From the NCBI GenBank assembly GCA_963676565.1, contig OY781089.1, positions 2,368,001 through 2,432,000 on the forward strand: DNA of 64,000 bases, written 5' to 3'. Shown piece by piece: positions 28,192 through 37,917 of the stretch. The position numbers were made by a program, and so were the translations under genes. This DNA is from Halarcobacter sp. GTDB taxonomy: Bacteria; Campylobacterota; Campylobacteria; Campylobacterales; Arcobacteraceae. How positions within the stretch are numbered: the stretch's first letter is position 1; every line of letters starts with the position of its first letter. Below the pieces are notes generated by a model. That model did not search any database. It saw only the letters and a program-made list of their open reading frames with translations, and was not told the DNA's origin.

Positions 28192-29052
28192 TTATACAAT
28201 CATTTCTTTTACTCTTTCATTATTTAAAAGACCTATAAACTCTTCTTCTGTTTCTATTTTAGTTGCGTACTCTTCATTTAGTTGGATCGCTTTTTGTAAG
28301 TCATCAATTGCATTATCTTCATATTCTAAAACTGCATATGCCTTTGCCCTTTGAAAATATGCACTTGGGTAGTTTTTATCGATAAGTAAGGCTTGATTTG
28401 TAAGATTTAATGACCAGTTTGCTTCACCTATGTCTAACACTGCGTCAGCTTTATAAATTAAAGCTTCAACCTCATTTGGTCTAATATCCAAAATTTCATC
28501 ATAGGCTTCAATTTTACCAGTAGGTGTAGTTTCTTGTGAAGCTCTAAGCCATAAAGAGTGTATAGTATTCATAATCTTAATTTCATTTTCATTGTGTTTT
28601 ACTTGTCTTGCTCTTTTTGCTAGGTCTTGCTCAAAACCTGCCATCTTCTCTTCATATTTTTGGATTGTTTTTGAAGTTTTTTCATCAACCATATTTTTAA
28701 TTTTGTCATTAATATCTTTAATTGAACTCCATCCAATAATCACTAAAATAGAACTAGCAGCTGCAATAATATAAAACATATTGTTAATTGTTGATGTCGC
28801 ATAGTTAATTACATTTGAAGACATTTCTATCTCTTTTTTAGCCAAAGTTTTATGTAATTCAACCTTTAAATCCCTATTTTCTTCCCTTAATTGCTTAATC
28901 TCATTTAAAATATAGTTTTCCACAAAAGGAGTATATAAAGGTTTTTCTATGGTATTTATTTTCTCTTTTAGATTTTTTTCATTTTCAATATTTTTTATAT
29001 TAGCAGACATATAAAGTGAACAAATAAGAAAAAAGAGTGATATTTTTTTCAT
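28192..29052 (-). CDS. Membrane-anchored TPR protein
   Basis: Internal TM helix; C-terminal TPRs (ALIYKADA, AYFQRAKAY..AIDDLQKAI). Confidence 0.85.
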   Translation of the reverse strand: MKKISLFFLICSLYMSANIKNIENEKNLKEKINTIEKPLYTPFVENYILNEIKQLREENRDLKVELHKTLAKKEIEMSSNVINYATSTINNMFYIIAAASSILVIIGWSSIKDINDKIKNMVDEKTSKTIQKYEEKMAGFEQDLAKRARQVKHNENEIKIMNTIHSLWLRASQETTPTGKIEAYDEILDIRPNEVEALIYKADAVLDIGEANWSLNLTNQALLIDKNYPSAYFQRAKAYAVLEYEDNAIDDLQKAIQLNEEYATKIETEEEFIGLLNNERVKEMIV

Positions 29053-29061
29053 TTTTCTTAT

Positions 29062-30438
29062 CTATCCTATTTTAAGTAGTTTTTTATATAAACATTCTAA
29101 GGCTGCATCTGCAACATTTTGTGCAACACCTATATGAAATGAGATTTTAGATGGACTCATATCAAACATATCAAAGTAAATATTGTTTTCTTTAAGTGCA
29201 GTTATAGCATCAACAATAGAAAAGGCATTTTCTTTCAATCTAATACCCACTAATGTAATTATAGAGATATTATATTTTACATAAATGCAAGATGTTTTTA
29301 ATCTTTTTTCTATATGTCTTCTTAAATTATTTATATTTCCCTCTAAATCTTTTTGCTCAACTAGTATAGATATATCATCTTTATCAGTTGGATAATGATG
29401 GGTATTTATATTAAATTCACCAAAGATTTTTAAAAGTTCAGCTGTAAAGCCAATCTCATCACCTAACATATCTTTTTGAATATGAATTGCAGCCATATTA
29501 TCAAGTTTGGCAATACCAACTAAATCCTCCATAGGAACTCTTTCATTTAAAATCAAAGTACCTTCATTATTTGGATTGTTTGTATTTCTAATATTAATTG
29601 GAATCTTACTTTTTTTACAATTTAACATAGCATTAAAATGAAAAACATTAAAACCCTTTGAACTTAAAAGCCTTAATTCTTTAAAAGTAAGTCTTGGTAT
29701 AACATTTGCCCCTTTTATTATTCTAGGGTCAACTTCATAAACACCATCTGTATCTGTCCAATTTTCATAAATATCAGCATCTAAAGCATAGGCTAATTCT
29801 CCACCTGTTAAATCAGAACCTCCCCTACTCATAACTGCTATTTCATTTTCATTAGTTATTCCATAAAAACCTGGAACTATAAAAATCTCTCCATTATCAA
29901 GGTCAAATTTCTCTTCTATATTTTGGTGCGTTTGAGGTAAAACCTTTCCATCACAATAATTATCATCTAAAATAAACCCAAAATCTTCAGGTAACATTAG
30001 CCTAATATTTAGTCCACTATTTTGCATAAAAGTAGAGATAACTTTTGCATTATAGTGTTCACCACGTGATAAGAAAAAGGCTTCTTTTTTAAAACCTTCA
30101 AAAATTTTATTTTCTAAATCTTTTTTTAAATCATCAATTATTAGTTTTTTATCAATATTTAAATCAATACATAATTTTTCAAATTTTTCTATAACTACTT
30201 GATGGCTTTGTTTTACTGTAATAGCAATTTTACTTGAAAGAAAATGTTCACCATTAGTTGCAATATTTAGTAAGTGATCGGTGATTTTTTCATCATATCT
30301 CTCGTCTCTACCTGGGGCAGAAACAACTATTACTTTTCTTCTTTCATCAGAGTTTATAATATCTAGTACTTTTTTAATCTGTATAGCATCTTTTACAGAA
30401 CTTCCACCAAACTTACAAACTTTTATATCAATATTCAT
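29062..30438 (-). CDS. ask: Aspartate kinase (ectoine-associated)
   Basis: KFGGSSV, VVSAPG, SRGGSDLTG, WTDTDGV; follows ectC. Confidence 0.93.
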   Translation of the reverse strand: MNIDIKVCKFGGSSVKDAIQIKKVLDIINSDERRKVIVVSAPGRDERYDEKITDHLLNIATNGEHFLSSKIAITVKQSHQVVIEKFEKLCIDLNIDKKLIIDDLKKDLENKIFEGFKKEAFFLSRGEHYNAKVISTFMQNSGLNIRLMLPEDFGFILDDNYCDGKVLPQTHQNIEEKFDLDNGEIFIVPGFYGITNENEIAVMSRGGSDLTGGELAYALDADIYENWTDTDGVYEVDPRIIKGANVIPRLTFKELRLLSSKGFNVFHFNAMLNCKKSKIPINIRNTNNPNNEGTLILNERVPMEDLVGIAKLDNMAAIHIQKDMLGDEIGFTAELLKIFGEFNINTHHYPTDKDDISILVEQKDLEGNINNLRRHIEKRLKTSCIYVKYNISIITLVGIRLKENAFSIVDAITALKENNIYFDMFDMSPSKISFHIGVAQNVADAALECLYKKLLKIG

Positions 30439-30479
30439 TGGAATCCTATTATTTATTTTTATAACTTAATTTTTTTCAA

Positions 30480-30875
30480 TTAGTTTTCTAAAGGATAAAC
30501 CCCATTTTCATCATGGTGTTCAGTTCCCTTAATTGGAGGGTTAAAAACACAAATAAGTCTCATATCTTCACTTCCACCATAAAGGTTATGATCATCATGA
30601 TTATTAAGTGCATACATAACACCATCATAAATCTCGTGAGTTTCTCCTGTTGCTAAGTCTTCAATTTTTCCATTTCCAGCAACACAATAAACTGCTTCTA
30701 AATGATTTTGGTAGTGAATATGAGTTTTTGTATTTGCTTTTATAATTGTCTCATGGAATGAAAATCCCATTCCCTCATCTTTTAAAAGCATTCTTCTACT
30801 AATCCATTGTCCACCTTCGGCAAATACTTCTTTATCTGTACCGATTACATCTTTATTAATATCTTTAACAATCAT
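30480..30875 (-). CDS. ectC: Ectoine synthase
   Basis: WISRRMLLKDEGMGFSFHET, HYQNHLEAVYC, CVFNPP. Confidence 0.97.
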   Translation of the reverse strand: MIVKDINKDVIGTDKEVFAEGGQWISRRMLLKDEGMGFSFHETIIKANTKTHIHYQNHLEAVYCVAGNGKIEDLATGETHEIYDGVMYALNNHDDHNLYGGSEDMRLICVFNPPIKGTEHHDENGVYPLEN

Positions 30876-32156
30876 TTAAAACTCTCCTGTTAATTTTTCT
30901 TTTTTATCTGCTACTAGTTTTGCAATTGCAGAATCTAATCTTTCTAAACCTTCTAATAAAGTCTCTTCATCAATAATCAATGGAGGTAAAAATTTAACGA
31001 TTTGATCTTCACTACCACAAGTTTCAACAATTAATTTTTCTTCAAAAGCATAACTTGATATCTCACCAGCAACAGAGTTGTCACCTTTAATTTCAAATCC
31101 ATATGCCATTCCTCTACCACGAACTTCAACGTCAAAAGTATCTTTATATTTGTCTGCAATTTTTTGTAAATTATCTTTTAAAAGTTTCTCTTTATATTTA
31201 ACTGCATTTGATAAATCATCATTTTGCCAATATTGTTCAATAGCTACTTTTGCTGCAACGAAAGCTAAGTTATTACCTCTAAATGTACCTGTGTGCTCAC
31301 CTGGCTTCCATTGGTCTAAATCTGGTTTCAATAATACAAGTGCCATTGGTAAACCACCACCAATAGATTTTGATATAGTTACAATGTCAGGATTTATCCC
31401 AGCAAATTCAAAAGAGAAGAACTCTCCAGTTCTACCATTTCCAACTTGAATGTCATCAATAATTAATAAAATATCATACTCTCTACAAAGTGCTTCTAGC
31501 TCTTGTAACCACTCTTTAGATGCAACGTTAATTCCACCTTCACCTTGAATAGTTTCAACAATAACAGCTGCTGGAATATCTAAACCACTACTACTATCTT
31601 GTAAAAATTTTCTAAAAATAGCCATAGTATTCATATCACCAAAATATCCATCAAATGGCATAAACGTTACATTTGATCTACTAATATAACTCTCATCTCT
31701 ATAATCATTGTTTCCAGTAACAGAAGATGAACCTTGGGTTAAACCATGGAAACCATTTGTAAATGAAACTACATTTGATCTTCCCTTTACAAGTCTTGCA
31801 AGTTTTAAAGCTGTTTCAACTGCATTTGTTCCTGTTGGTCCAGTAAATTGAAGCTTATAATCAAGGTTTCTAGGTATTAAAATTGTGTCTTGAAAAGTTT
31901 GTAAAAACTCTTTTTTTGCACTTGTTGCCATATCAAGACCATGTACAACCCCATTTCCTTGTAAATATTCAATTAAAGCTTTTGTAATATGTTCATTATT
32001 ATGTCCATAATTTAAAGTACCCGCTCCCGCAAAAAAGTCAATATATTCTTCACCTTGTTCATCCGTAAGAATACATCCTTTACTAGATTGAAAAATTGTT
32101 GGGAAACTTCTAATATAACCCCTTACTTCAGACTCAAGATTTTCAAATATTCTCAT
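30876..32156 (-). CDS. ectB: Diaminobutyrate-2-oxoglutarate transaminase
   Basis: ESEVRGYIRSFP, DFFAGAGTLNYGHN, WKPGEHTGTFRGNN. Confidence 0.97.
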   Translation of the reverse strand: MRIFENLESEVRGYIRSFPTIFQSSKGCILTDEQGEEYIDFFAGAGTLNYGHNNEHITKALIEYLQGNGVVHGLDMATSAKKEFLQTFQDTILIPRNLDYKLQFTGPTGTNAVETALKLARLVKGRSNVVSFTNGFHGLTQGSSSVTGNNDYRDESYISRSNVTFMPFDGYFGDMNTMAIFRKFLQDSSSGLDIPAAVIVETIQGEGGINVASKEWLQELEALCREYDILLIIDDIQVGNGRTGEFFSFEFAGINPDIVTISKSIGGGLPMALVLLKPDLDQWKPGEHTGTFRGNNLAFVAAKVAIEQYWQNDDLSNAVKYKEKLLKDNLQKIADKYKDTFDVEVRGRGMAYGFEIKGDNSVAGEISSYAFEEKLIVETCGSEDQIVKFLPPLIIDEETLLEGLERLDSAIAKLVADKKEKLTGEF

Positions 32157-32655
32157 TTTTTTCCTTTATCTTAAATGGTCCTATTTCATATAGAACCTCT
32201 TCTTCATGTTGATTTATAAAATCTTCTTTTTCAAAGAAGCTTTTAGAAACCATTTTTGTTTTTAAATCACCTGAAAGTTTTTCAAAAGCTCTAATTGAGG
32301 CTTTGTTACTTGGTGAAACCGTAGTGTGTATGTAATTCAAATCATGATTTTCTTTTCTTTTTAAAATATTCATCATCAATTTCTTTGCTAGATTTTGCCC
32401 TCTTAACTTACTATCTACTGCAACTTGCCAGATAAAAAGAGTGTTAGGTTTATCAGGTAATCTATAACCAGATACAAAACCAACAACTTTTTCATCCAAA
32501 ATTGCAACAGAACAAGTTTTTGCAAAATGTGTAGTTTGAAGTAGATATAAATATTCAGAATTTACATCTAAAACTTTAGTACTTTTAACAAGATTGAAAA
32601 TCATCTTTGAAAAACTTTTATTTGGTTTTTTCAAACATATTTCTAACTTTTCCAA
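32143..32655 (-). CDS. ectA: Diaminobutyrate acetyltransferase (likely TTG start at 32655)
   Basis: LDVNSEYLYLL, LFIWQVAV, TTVSPSNKAS; AGAAAGGT upstream of the TTG. Confidence 0.95.
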   Translation of the reverse strand: MEKLEICLKKPNKSFSKMIFNLVKSTKVLDVNSEYLYLLQTTHFAKTCSVAILDEKVVGFVSGYRLPDKPNTLFIWQVAVDSKLRGQNLAKKLMMNILKRKENHDLNYIHTTVSPSNKASIRAFEKLSGDLKTKMVSKSFFEKEDFINQHEEEVLYEIGPFKIKEKNENI

Positions 32656-32920
32656 TAAAAACCTTTCTCTTTTTTGACACATATTATGTAATATTTTTAC
32701 ATTTAAAATGTAATAATCTTACACAATATATGTTTTTAAAGATTTGTATCTTAACAAGTGTAACTTAAATTAAAATAAATATTGTCAATTATAGTGTAAA
32801 AAATATACACTAATTGTGTAAAAAATACTTTTATTTTATGTTATATAAATATATTCTTTTTTTTTATGTTTTTTTAAATGAAAGTTATAATACAATCTTT
32901 GAAAAATTTAAAGTGGGAAT

Positions 32921-33208
32921 ATGAAAAAAACAATTATATTGGTAGCTACATCAGTATTTATATTTACTGGATGTTTAGGTGGATCAGATGAAAAAAAGGA
33001 ATGGACTTCATTAATCTTTCCTGATAAAGATAATAGCAAAAGAAGTAAAAAATTTGCTGTTTATAAAACTTTAGATGAGTGTAGAGAGGGTTCTAAAAAT
33101 GAGCTTTCAAGACTTGGATTATCTGACAGAGGTGACTATAAATGTGGATTAAATTGTGAATATCATGAGGGAATGAAACTTGATATTTGTGAGAAATTAG
33201 TTCAATAG
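32921..33208 (+). CDS. Small Cys-rich lipoprotein
   Basis: Lipobox FTGC; DYKCGLNC. Confidence 0.8.
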   Translation: MKKTIILVATSVFIFTGCLGGSDEKKEWTSLIFPDKDNSKRSKKFAVYKTLDECREGSKNELSRLGLSDRGDYKCGLNCEYHEGMKLDICEKLVQ

Positions 33209-33222
33209 TTTCCCTTTAGTTT

Positions 33223-34989
33223 ATGGAAAAAATAGATTTAAAATACTTATGGAACCTTTTACTAGATAAGAAAAAAACACTTATTTTAGGTCAAATTGTA
33301 ACTATAATTGCAATTTTAATAAGTGTTCCAATTCCATTAATGCTTCCTGCACTTGTGGATGAAGTACTTTTAAAAAAACCTGACTTCTTTGTAAATAGTA
33401 TAGATTTTGTATTTGGTAGTGGTAATGCCTTTTATTACATTGCAATAATTACTGTAGTAGTGATTTTATTAAGATTCATTTACTTTGTATTTACTGTCAT
33501 AATTACAAAGATTTTTACAGCAATTGCTAAATATGTAACTTTTAAAATAAGAGAGAAACTACTTAACTATTTAAAAAAAGTATCAATGAATGAATATGAA
33601 AGTTTAGGAAATGGTGCTATTTCAGCAAATCTGATTACAGATGTAAATACTTTAGATGATTTTATTATAAAAAGTGCCAGTAAATTTATCTCTTCAGTAT
33701 TAACTTTACTAGCAGTTTCAATTGTAATGATTGCGATTCATCCAATTTTAGGTTTAATGATTCTTCTAATACAACCTATTATTATACTTATGTCAAAAAA
33801 AATCTCTAAACAAGTTGGTGTTTTAAAAAAAGATGAAAATCAAGCAATTGAAGAGTTTCAAGATAATATTGGTGAATCTTTAGAACTATTTGGACAAATA
33901 AAAGCTAGTAATAAAGAAAGCTATTTTATAAATGAATCTATAAAAAAAGCAAATAAAATCCAACAAACATCAAATGAATACAATTATAAAAGTGTAGCTT
34001 ATGAAAGATTTTCATTTACCATATTTTTAATAGCCTTTGAGATGTTAAGGGCAAGTGGTTTACTTATGGTTGTTTATAGTGACTTAAGTATAGGTATGAT
34101 GTTTGCTATGTTTGGTTATATTTGGTTTATAATGACACCTGTTCAAGATATACTTTCAATGCAATATGCTTATACAACTGCAACCGCGGCTTTAAAAAGA
34201 ATAAATAAAATTCTAAGTCTTCAATGTGAAGATAATGGAGAAGAAAGATTATCAAATAATGAAGGTGTTCATATAGAATTAAAAAATATGTTCTTTTCCT
34301 ATAATATAGAAAAGCCTTTATTAGAAAATATTTCAATAGATATTAAGCCTAAAGAAAAAGTAGCTTTAATTGGTGCAAGTGGAAGTGGAAAAACTACACT
34401 TGCTCAAGTTATTGCAGGTTTTTATTCAAAAACAAAAGGCGATATTAAATATAACAATATAAGCATTAATGTTCTAGATAGAAACTCTTTAAGAAATGAG
34501 ATATTCTTAGTGCTTCAAATGCCTATTTTGTTTAACAATACACTTAGGTTTAATATCACTATGGGAGATGAATCCATAAGTGATGAAGAGATTTTTAGAG
34601 CCTTAGAGATAGCTCAATTAAAAGATACAGTATTACAGATGAGTGACAAACTTGATACATTGGTTGGTAAACACGGAATTAGATTAAGTGGAGGACAAAG
34701 ACAAAGATTATCAATAGCTAGAATGATTATATCAAATCCTTCAGTTGTAATCTTTGATGAATCTACATCAGCTTTAGATGTTCATACAGAAGCTAAACTT
34801 TTTAGTGCCCTTATACCTATACTTGAAAATAAAACTGTAATAACAATTGCCCATAGACTAAGTACAGTTAAAAATGCAAATAAGATTTATGTATTAGATA
34901 ATGGAAAAATTGTTCAAAGTGGAACTCATGAAGAGTTGGAAGAGGAAGAAGGACATTATTTAGAGTTTGTAAAAAATCAATTAGTGTAA
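33223..34989 (+). CDS. ABC exporter, fused permease/ATPase
   Basis: TM domain plus GASGSGKT, LSGGQRQR, DESTSALD, IAHRLST. Confidence 0.95.
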   Translation: MEKIDLKYLWNLLLDKKKTLILGQIVTIIAILISVPIPLMLPALVDEVLLKKPDFFVNSIDFVFGSGNAFYYIAIITVVVILLRFIYFVFTVIITKIFTAIAKYVTFKIREKLLNYLKKVSMNEYESLGNGAISANLITDVNTLDDFIIKSASKFISSVLTLLAVSIVMIAIHPILGLMILLIQPIIILMSKKISKQVGVLKKDENQAIEEFQDNIGESLELFGQIKASNKESYFINESIKKANKIQQTSNEYNYKSVAYERFSFTIFLIAFEMLRASGLLMVVYSDLSIGMMFAMFGYIWFIMTPVQDILSMQYAYTTATAALKRINKILSLQCEDNGEERLSNNEGVHIELKNMFFSYNIEKPLLENISIDIKPKEKVALIGASGSGKTTLAQVIAGFYSKTKGDIKYNNISINVLDRNSLRNEIFLVLQMPILFNNTLRFNITMGDESISDEEIFRALEIAQLKDTVLQMSDKLDTLVGKHGIRLSGGQRQRLSIARMIISNPSVVIFDESTSALDVHTEAKLFSALIPILENKTVITIAHRLSTVKNANKIYVLDNGKIVQSGTHEELEEEEGHYLEFVKNQLV

Positions 34990-34998
34990 AGGGTTTCA

Positions 34999-35685
34999 AT
35001 GATTTATTATATTACACTTGATGATTTAAACAATGAAGAAACATTATTTAAATATATTTATCCAAATATGGAAGAAAACTATTACTGGAGTGATGATTAC
35101 AGTGCTGAGTTTTATGTCAAAGCTGCCCAGTGTGGCTTTATTACTACTTCCATGTATAGAGAAGAAAAACTAATACTACTTCCTGAAATACAATTTGAAT
35201 ATGCTTTGATGAAATTTGATGAGATAAAAGTCTCAAAAAAAGTAAAAAAACTTATAGATGAAGACAAATATGAACTAAGAATTAATCAAAGAACTCAAGA
35301 AGTGTATGAAAAAATAATTAGTTACCATAAAGATTCTTGGTTAAATAATGAATATATTAAAATACTTAATTCAATAAATAATCAAACTTCAAACTTTAAG
35401 TTTTTTAGTGTAGAATTAGTAGAAAAAGAAACAAACTTGCTTATTTCTGGAGAAATTGGTTACCAAACAGGCACTATCTATACTTCACTAACAGGCTTTA
35501 CAACAAGAGAAAAGAAATATAACAATTGTGGTAAACTTCAACTTGTATTACTAAACTATTATCTAAAGGATAATGGCTTAAAGCTCTGGAACTTGGGACA
35601 TCCACAACTTCAATATAAAATAGATTTAGGTGCAAAAATATATAATCGGGATAACTTTTTAAAGCTTTGGTATGATAATATTTAA
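34999..35685 (+). CDS. Leucyl/phenylalanyl-tRNA-protein transferase-like protein
   Basis: SVEL....LISGEIGY..GTIYTSLTGF...GKLQL motif. Confidence 0.7.
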   Translation: MIYYITLDDLNNEETLFKYIYPNMEENYYWSDDYSAEFYVKAAQCGFITTSMYREEKLILLPEIQFEYALMKFDEIKVSKKVKKLIDEDKYELRINQRTQEVYEKIISYHKDSWLNNEYIKILNSINNQTSNFKFFSVELVEKETNLLISGEIGYQTGTIYTSLTGFTTREKKYNNCGKLQLVLLNYYLKDNGLKLWNLGHPQLQYKIDLGAKIYNRDNFLKLWYDNI

Positions 35686-35817
35686 ATAATTATTGAGTCA
35701 TTTTTTTGTTATTTATTAAAATTTGATAAGAATTGTCTCATAATTGACTCAATTTAAGGTTTATCATAACATAGTGTGTTATAATTCAAATAAATTTATA
35801 AAAAGCGAGAAAAAGTT

Positions 35818-36228
35818 ATGAGTAATAATATTTCTATAGATTTAACAAAAGACATGGAAAGATTTTTAAAAAGTAAATCAAAAGAGTTCAATTTGAGCAT
35901 CGAAGATACTTTAAAAGAGATTTTAAGTCAACAAATAGATAGTAGACTTGATTTAGGAAAAGGTTTTTACTATGACAAGGTAGTAAAAAAAGTATTTGAT
36001 AAAAAGAATAATGATGTAGGTTTAACAAAAACTCAAATGTCAATTTTCCATACACTATTAAAAAATAGAGACACAATTGTTGATGTTGAAACAATTAAAA
36101 AGAATGCATGGAAAGATAAAAATACATCAATCTTTACACTTAGAAACATGATAAAACAAATTAGAGATAAAACTTTTTATGGACTTATTAAAAGTCACTC
36201 AAGTAGAGGTTACTCTGCAGGTTTCTAA
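35818..36228 (+). CDS. OmpR/PhoB-type winged-helix protein lacking a receiver domain
   Basis: LTKTQMSIFHTL, TLRNMIKQIRDK, SRGY. Confidence 0.85.
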   Translation: MSNNISIDLTKDMERFLKSKSKEFNLSIEDTLKEILSQQIDSRLDLGKGFYYDKVVKKVFDKKNNDVGLTKTQMSIFHTLLKNRDTIVDVETIKKNAWKDKNTSIFTLRNMIKQIRDKTFYGLIKSHSSRGYSAGF

Positions 36229-36239
36229 AAAACCTTTTA

Positions 36240-36263
36240 AATAAGCATCAAATGATGCTTATT
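36240..36263. terminator. Stem-loop between convergent genes
   Basis: aataagcatca-aa-tgatgcttatt. Confidence 0.55.
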
Positions 36264-36723
36264 TGATTCTATATAATACTTGCCCTACCCAATTTGCCAA
36301 CCTTACACTTATTGTAGTTAGTAAAGAAAAAAGAGTTTTAGGTTTACTTTTGTACTCTTTTTGAAAATAATGAACTTTTATCCACTTCTTTACCAAGTAA
36401 AAAATAATTCCATCAAAAAAAGAAAAATACTTTATAGTCATAATTACAGGAGCTAGGATAAACAAATAACCTTTAAAAGTCAGTTCATCATACCAAGAAG
36501 CTACTTCTTCTGTCTCAAACTCATATTGATCTTTAGTTAAAAGATTCTTTTCGTATAAAACACTACAAACAGTATCTCTTTTTTTAACTCTTTGTAAATC
36601 AATTCGTATTTTTTTATTAATAAAAAGTGCACCTAATATTGCTATTAAAAGACAAAATAATAACCAGATACAAAGTAAAGGGATAAATAACATATTGGCA
36701 ATAATTTTAGATATAAGTTTCAT
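36259..36723 (-). CDS. Hypothetical membrane protein
   Basis: 154 aa with hydrophobic segments; no family recognised. Confidence 0.6.
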   Translation of the reverse strand: MKLISKIIANMLFIPLLCIWLLFCLLIAILGALFINKKIRIDLQRVKKRDTVCSVLYEKNLLTKDQYEFETEEVASWYDELTFKGYLFILAPVIMTIKYFSFFDGIIFYLVKKWIKVHYFQKEYKSKPKTLFSLLTTISVRLANWVGQVLYRIK

Positions 36724-36781
36724 ACTTCTATCTTATAATTTTTTTCTAAAAGTAATTATAAACTTTTAAATTAGAGATTTA

Positions 36782-36895
36782 TTAATTGATTTTACTTAAT
36801 AAGTCAGTGAAAGGGATTTTCTTTTTTTCTTGAGCTTTTTCAGATAAATATAAAAAAGTTGTAAGTGTTAAAATTGCTAAAACTAAGTATTCCAA
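36782..36895 (-). CDS. Possible 37-aa membrane peptide MEYLVLAILTLTTFLYLSEKAQEKKKIPFTDLLSKIN
   Basis: Translated by hand; TTG start with AGGAA 5 nt upstream. Confidence 0.35.
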   Translation of the reverse strand: MEYLVLAILTLTTFLYLSEKAQEKKKIPFTDLLSKIN

Positions 36896-37121
36896 AAGTG
36901 TTCCTATTTTTATTTATGGAAATATAACTTTTCATTTCTTAAATCTAGTTTAAAACTGATTTATTATATCTCTAAACTATTTTTAGTAGCTGTGTATAAA
37001 GACACTTAAACTTTATTATGGTGGTCTTTATAAGAATAGATTTGGATATATTCTTATAAAGTATAAAAAAATTATTTTTTGTACACACTATTATCTTACT
37101 GTTATATTAATTGAAAAATAT

Positions 37122-37139
37122 AACTTGTCTATACAAGTT
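37122..37139. promoter_or_regulatory. HutC/PhnF-type operator palindrome AACTTGTCTATACAAGTT
   Basis: Near-perfect 18-bp palindrome upstream of phnF, similar to HutC-subfamily TGT-N4-ACA sites. Confidence 0.75.
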
Positions 37140-37171
37140 GTAACACTTCTGTAATCAATTTAATTTATACT
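37138..37171 (+). promoter_or_regulatory. Pho-box-like repeat TTGTAAC-ACTT-CTGTAAT plus TATACT -10
   Basis: 7+4+7 direct repeat at 37138-37155, 10 nt before TATACT at 37166-37171. Confidence 0.65.
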
Positions 37172-37199
37172 TTCACCAAGAAATTTGAAAGGTGATTTT

Positions 37200-37916
37200 T
37201 TGACTAAACTATTTGACTATGAAATTATATACACACATCTTATCAATTTAATAGAAAATGAATTAAATGAGCATGAAAAGATTCCTTCAGAAAACTCTTT
37301 ATGTGAACTATTTAATGTTACAAGAGCAACTGTTAGACAAGGTATTAATAAAGCTAAAAGTGAAGGTCTAATCTACTCAAAAAAAGGAAGTGGAAATTTT
37401 GTGAGTCCTAAAAAAATCATTTATTCAATCACACCAAATACAACATTTACAAAAGAAATATTAAAAATTGGGAAAAAACCAAAATTAAAATTTATAGGAT
37501 CAAAAATAATTGAAGCGGATGAATTTATTGCTGAAAAATTAGAAATTAATATTGGAGATAAAGTACTTTACGTTAAAAACTTAAGATTGGTAGATGATAT
37601 TCCTTTTTTATTTGCAAAATATTTTATAAATTTAAAATTGATTGAAAATGCAGAGAAGAGAATAAAAAATACAAATTCAATATCAAAATTATATGAACAA
37701 TCAGGTTTATCACCTATTAGAGATAGTTCTGAAATAGATATTATACCTTCTACCATAAAATCTAAAAGTATATTTCAAGTACAACATGATTTTCCAATAA
37801 TAAAAATTGCAACAAAAACTACTGATATAAATACTAAAAAAGTAATTGATTATTGTTTTTCTAATTTTAGAAGCGATATGGCAAAAATAGTAGTTGATTA
37901 TAAAGGTGAAAAATAA
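37200..37916 (+). CDS. phnF: GntR/HutC-family phosphonate regulator
   Basis: IPSENSLCELFNVTRATVRQ HTH plus UTRA domain; TTG after GAAAGGT. Confidence 0.88.
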   Translation: MTKLFDYEIIYTHLINLIENELNEHEKIPSENSLCELFNVTRATVRQGINKAKSEGLIYSKKGSGNFVSPKKIIYSITPNTTFTKEILKIGKKPKLKFIGSKIIEADEFIAEKLEINIGDKVLYVKNLRLVDDIPFLFAKYFINLKLIENAEKRIKNTNSISKLYEQSGLSPIRDSSEIDIIPSTIKSKSIFQVQHDFPIIKIATKTTDINTKKVIDYCFSNFRSDMAKIVVDYKGEK

Positions 37917-37917
37917 A

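Noticed and set aside
32690..32830. Inverted and direct repeats upstream of ectA (TTACATTT/AAATGTAA, GTGTAAAAAATA x2)
   Set aside because: Possibly regulatory, but too AT-rich to distinguish from chance, and no cognate regulator is nearby.
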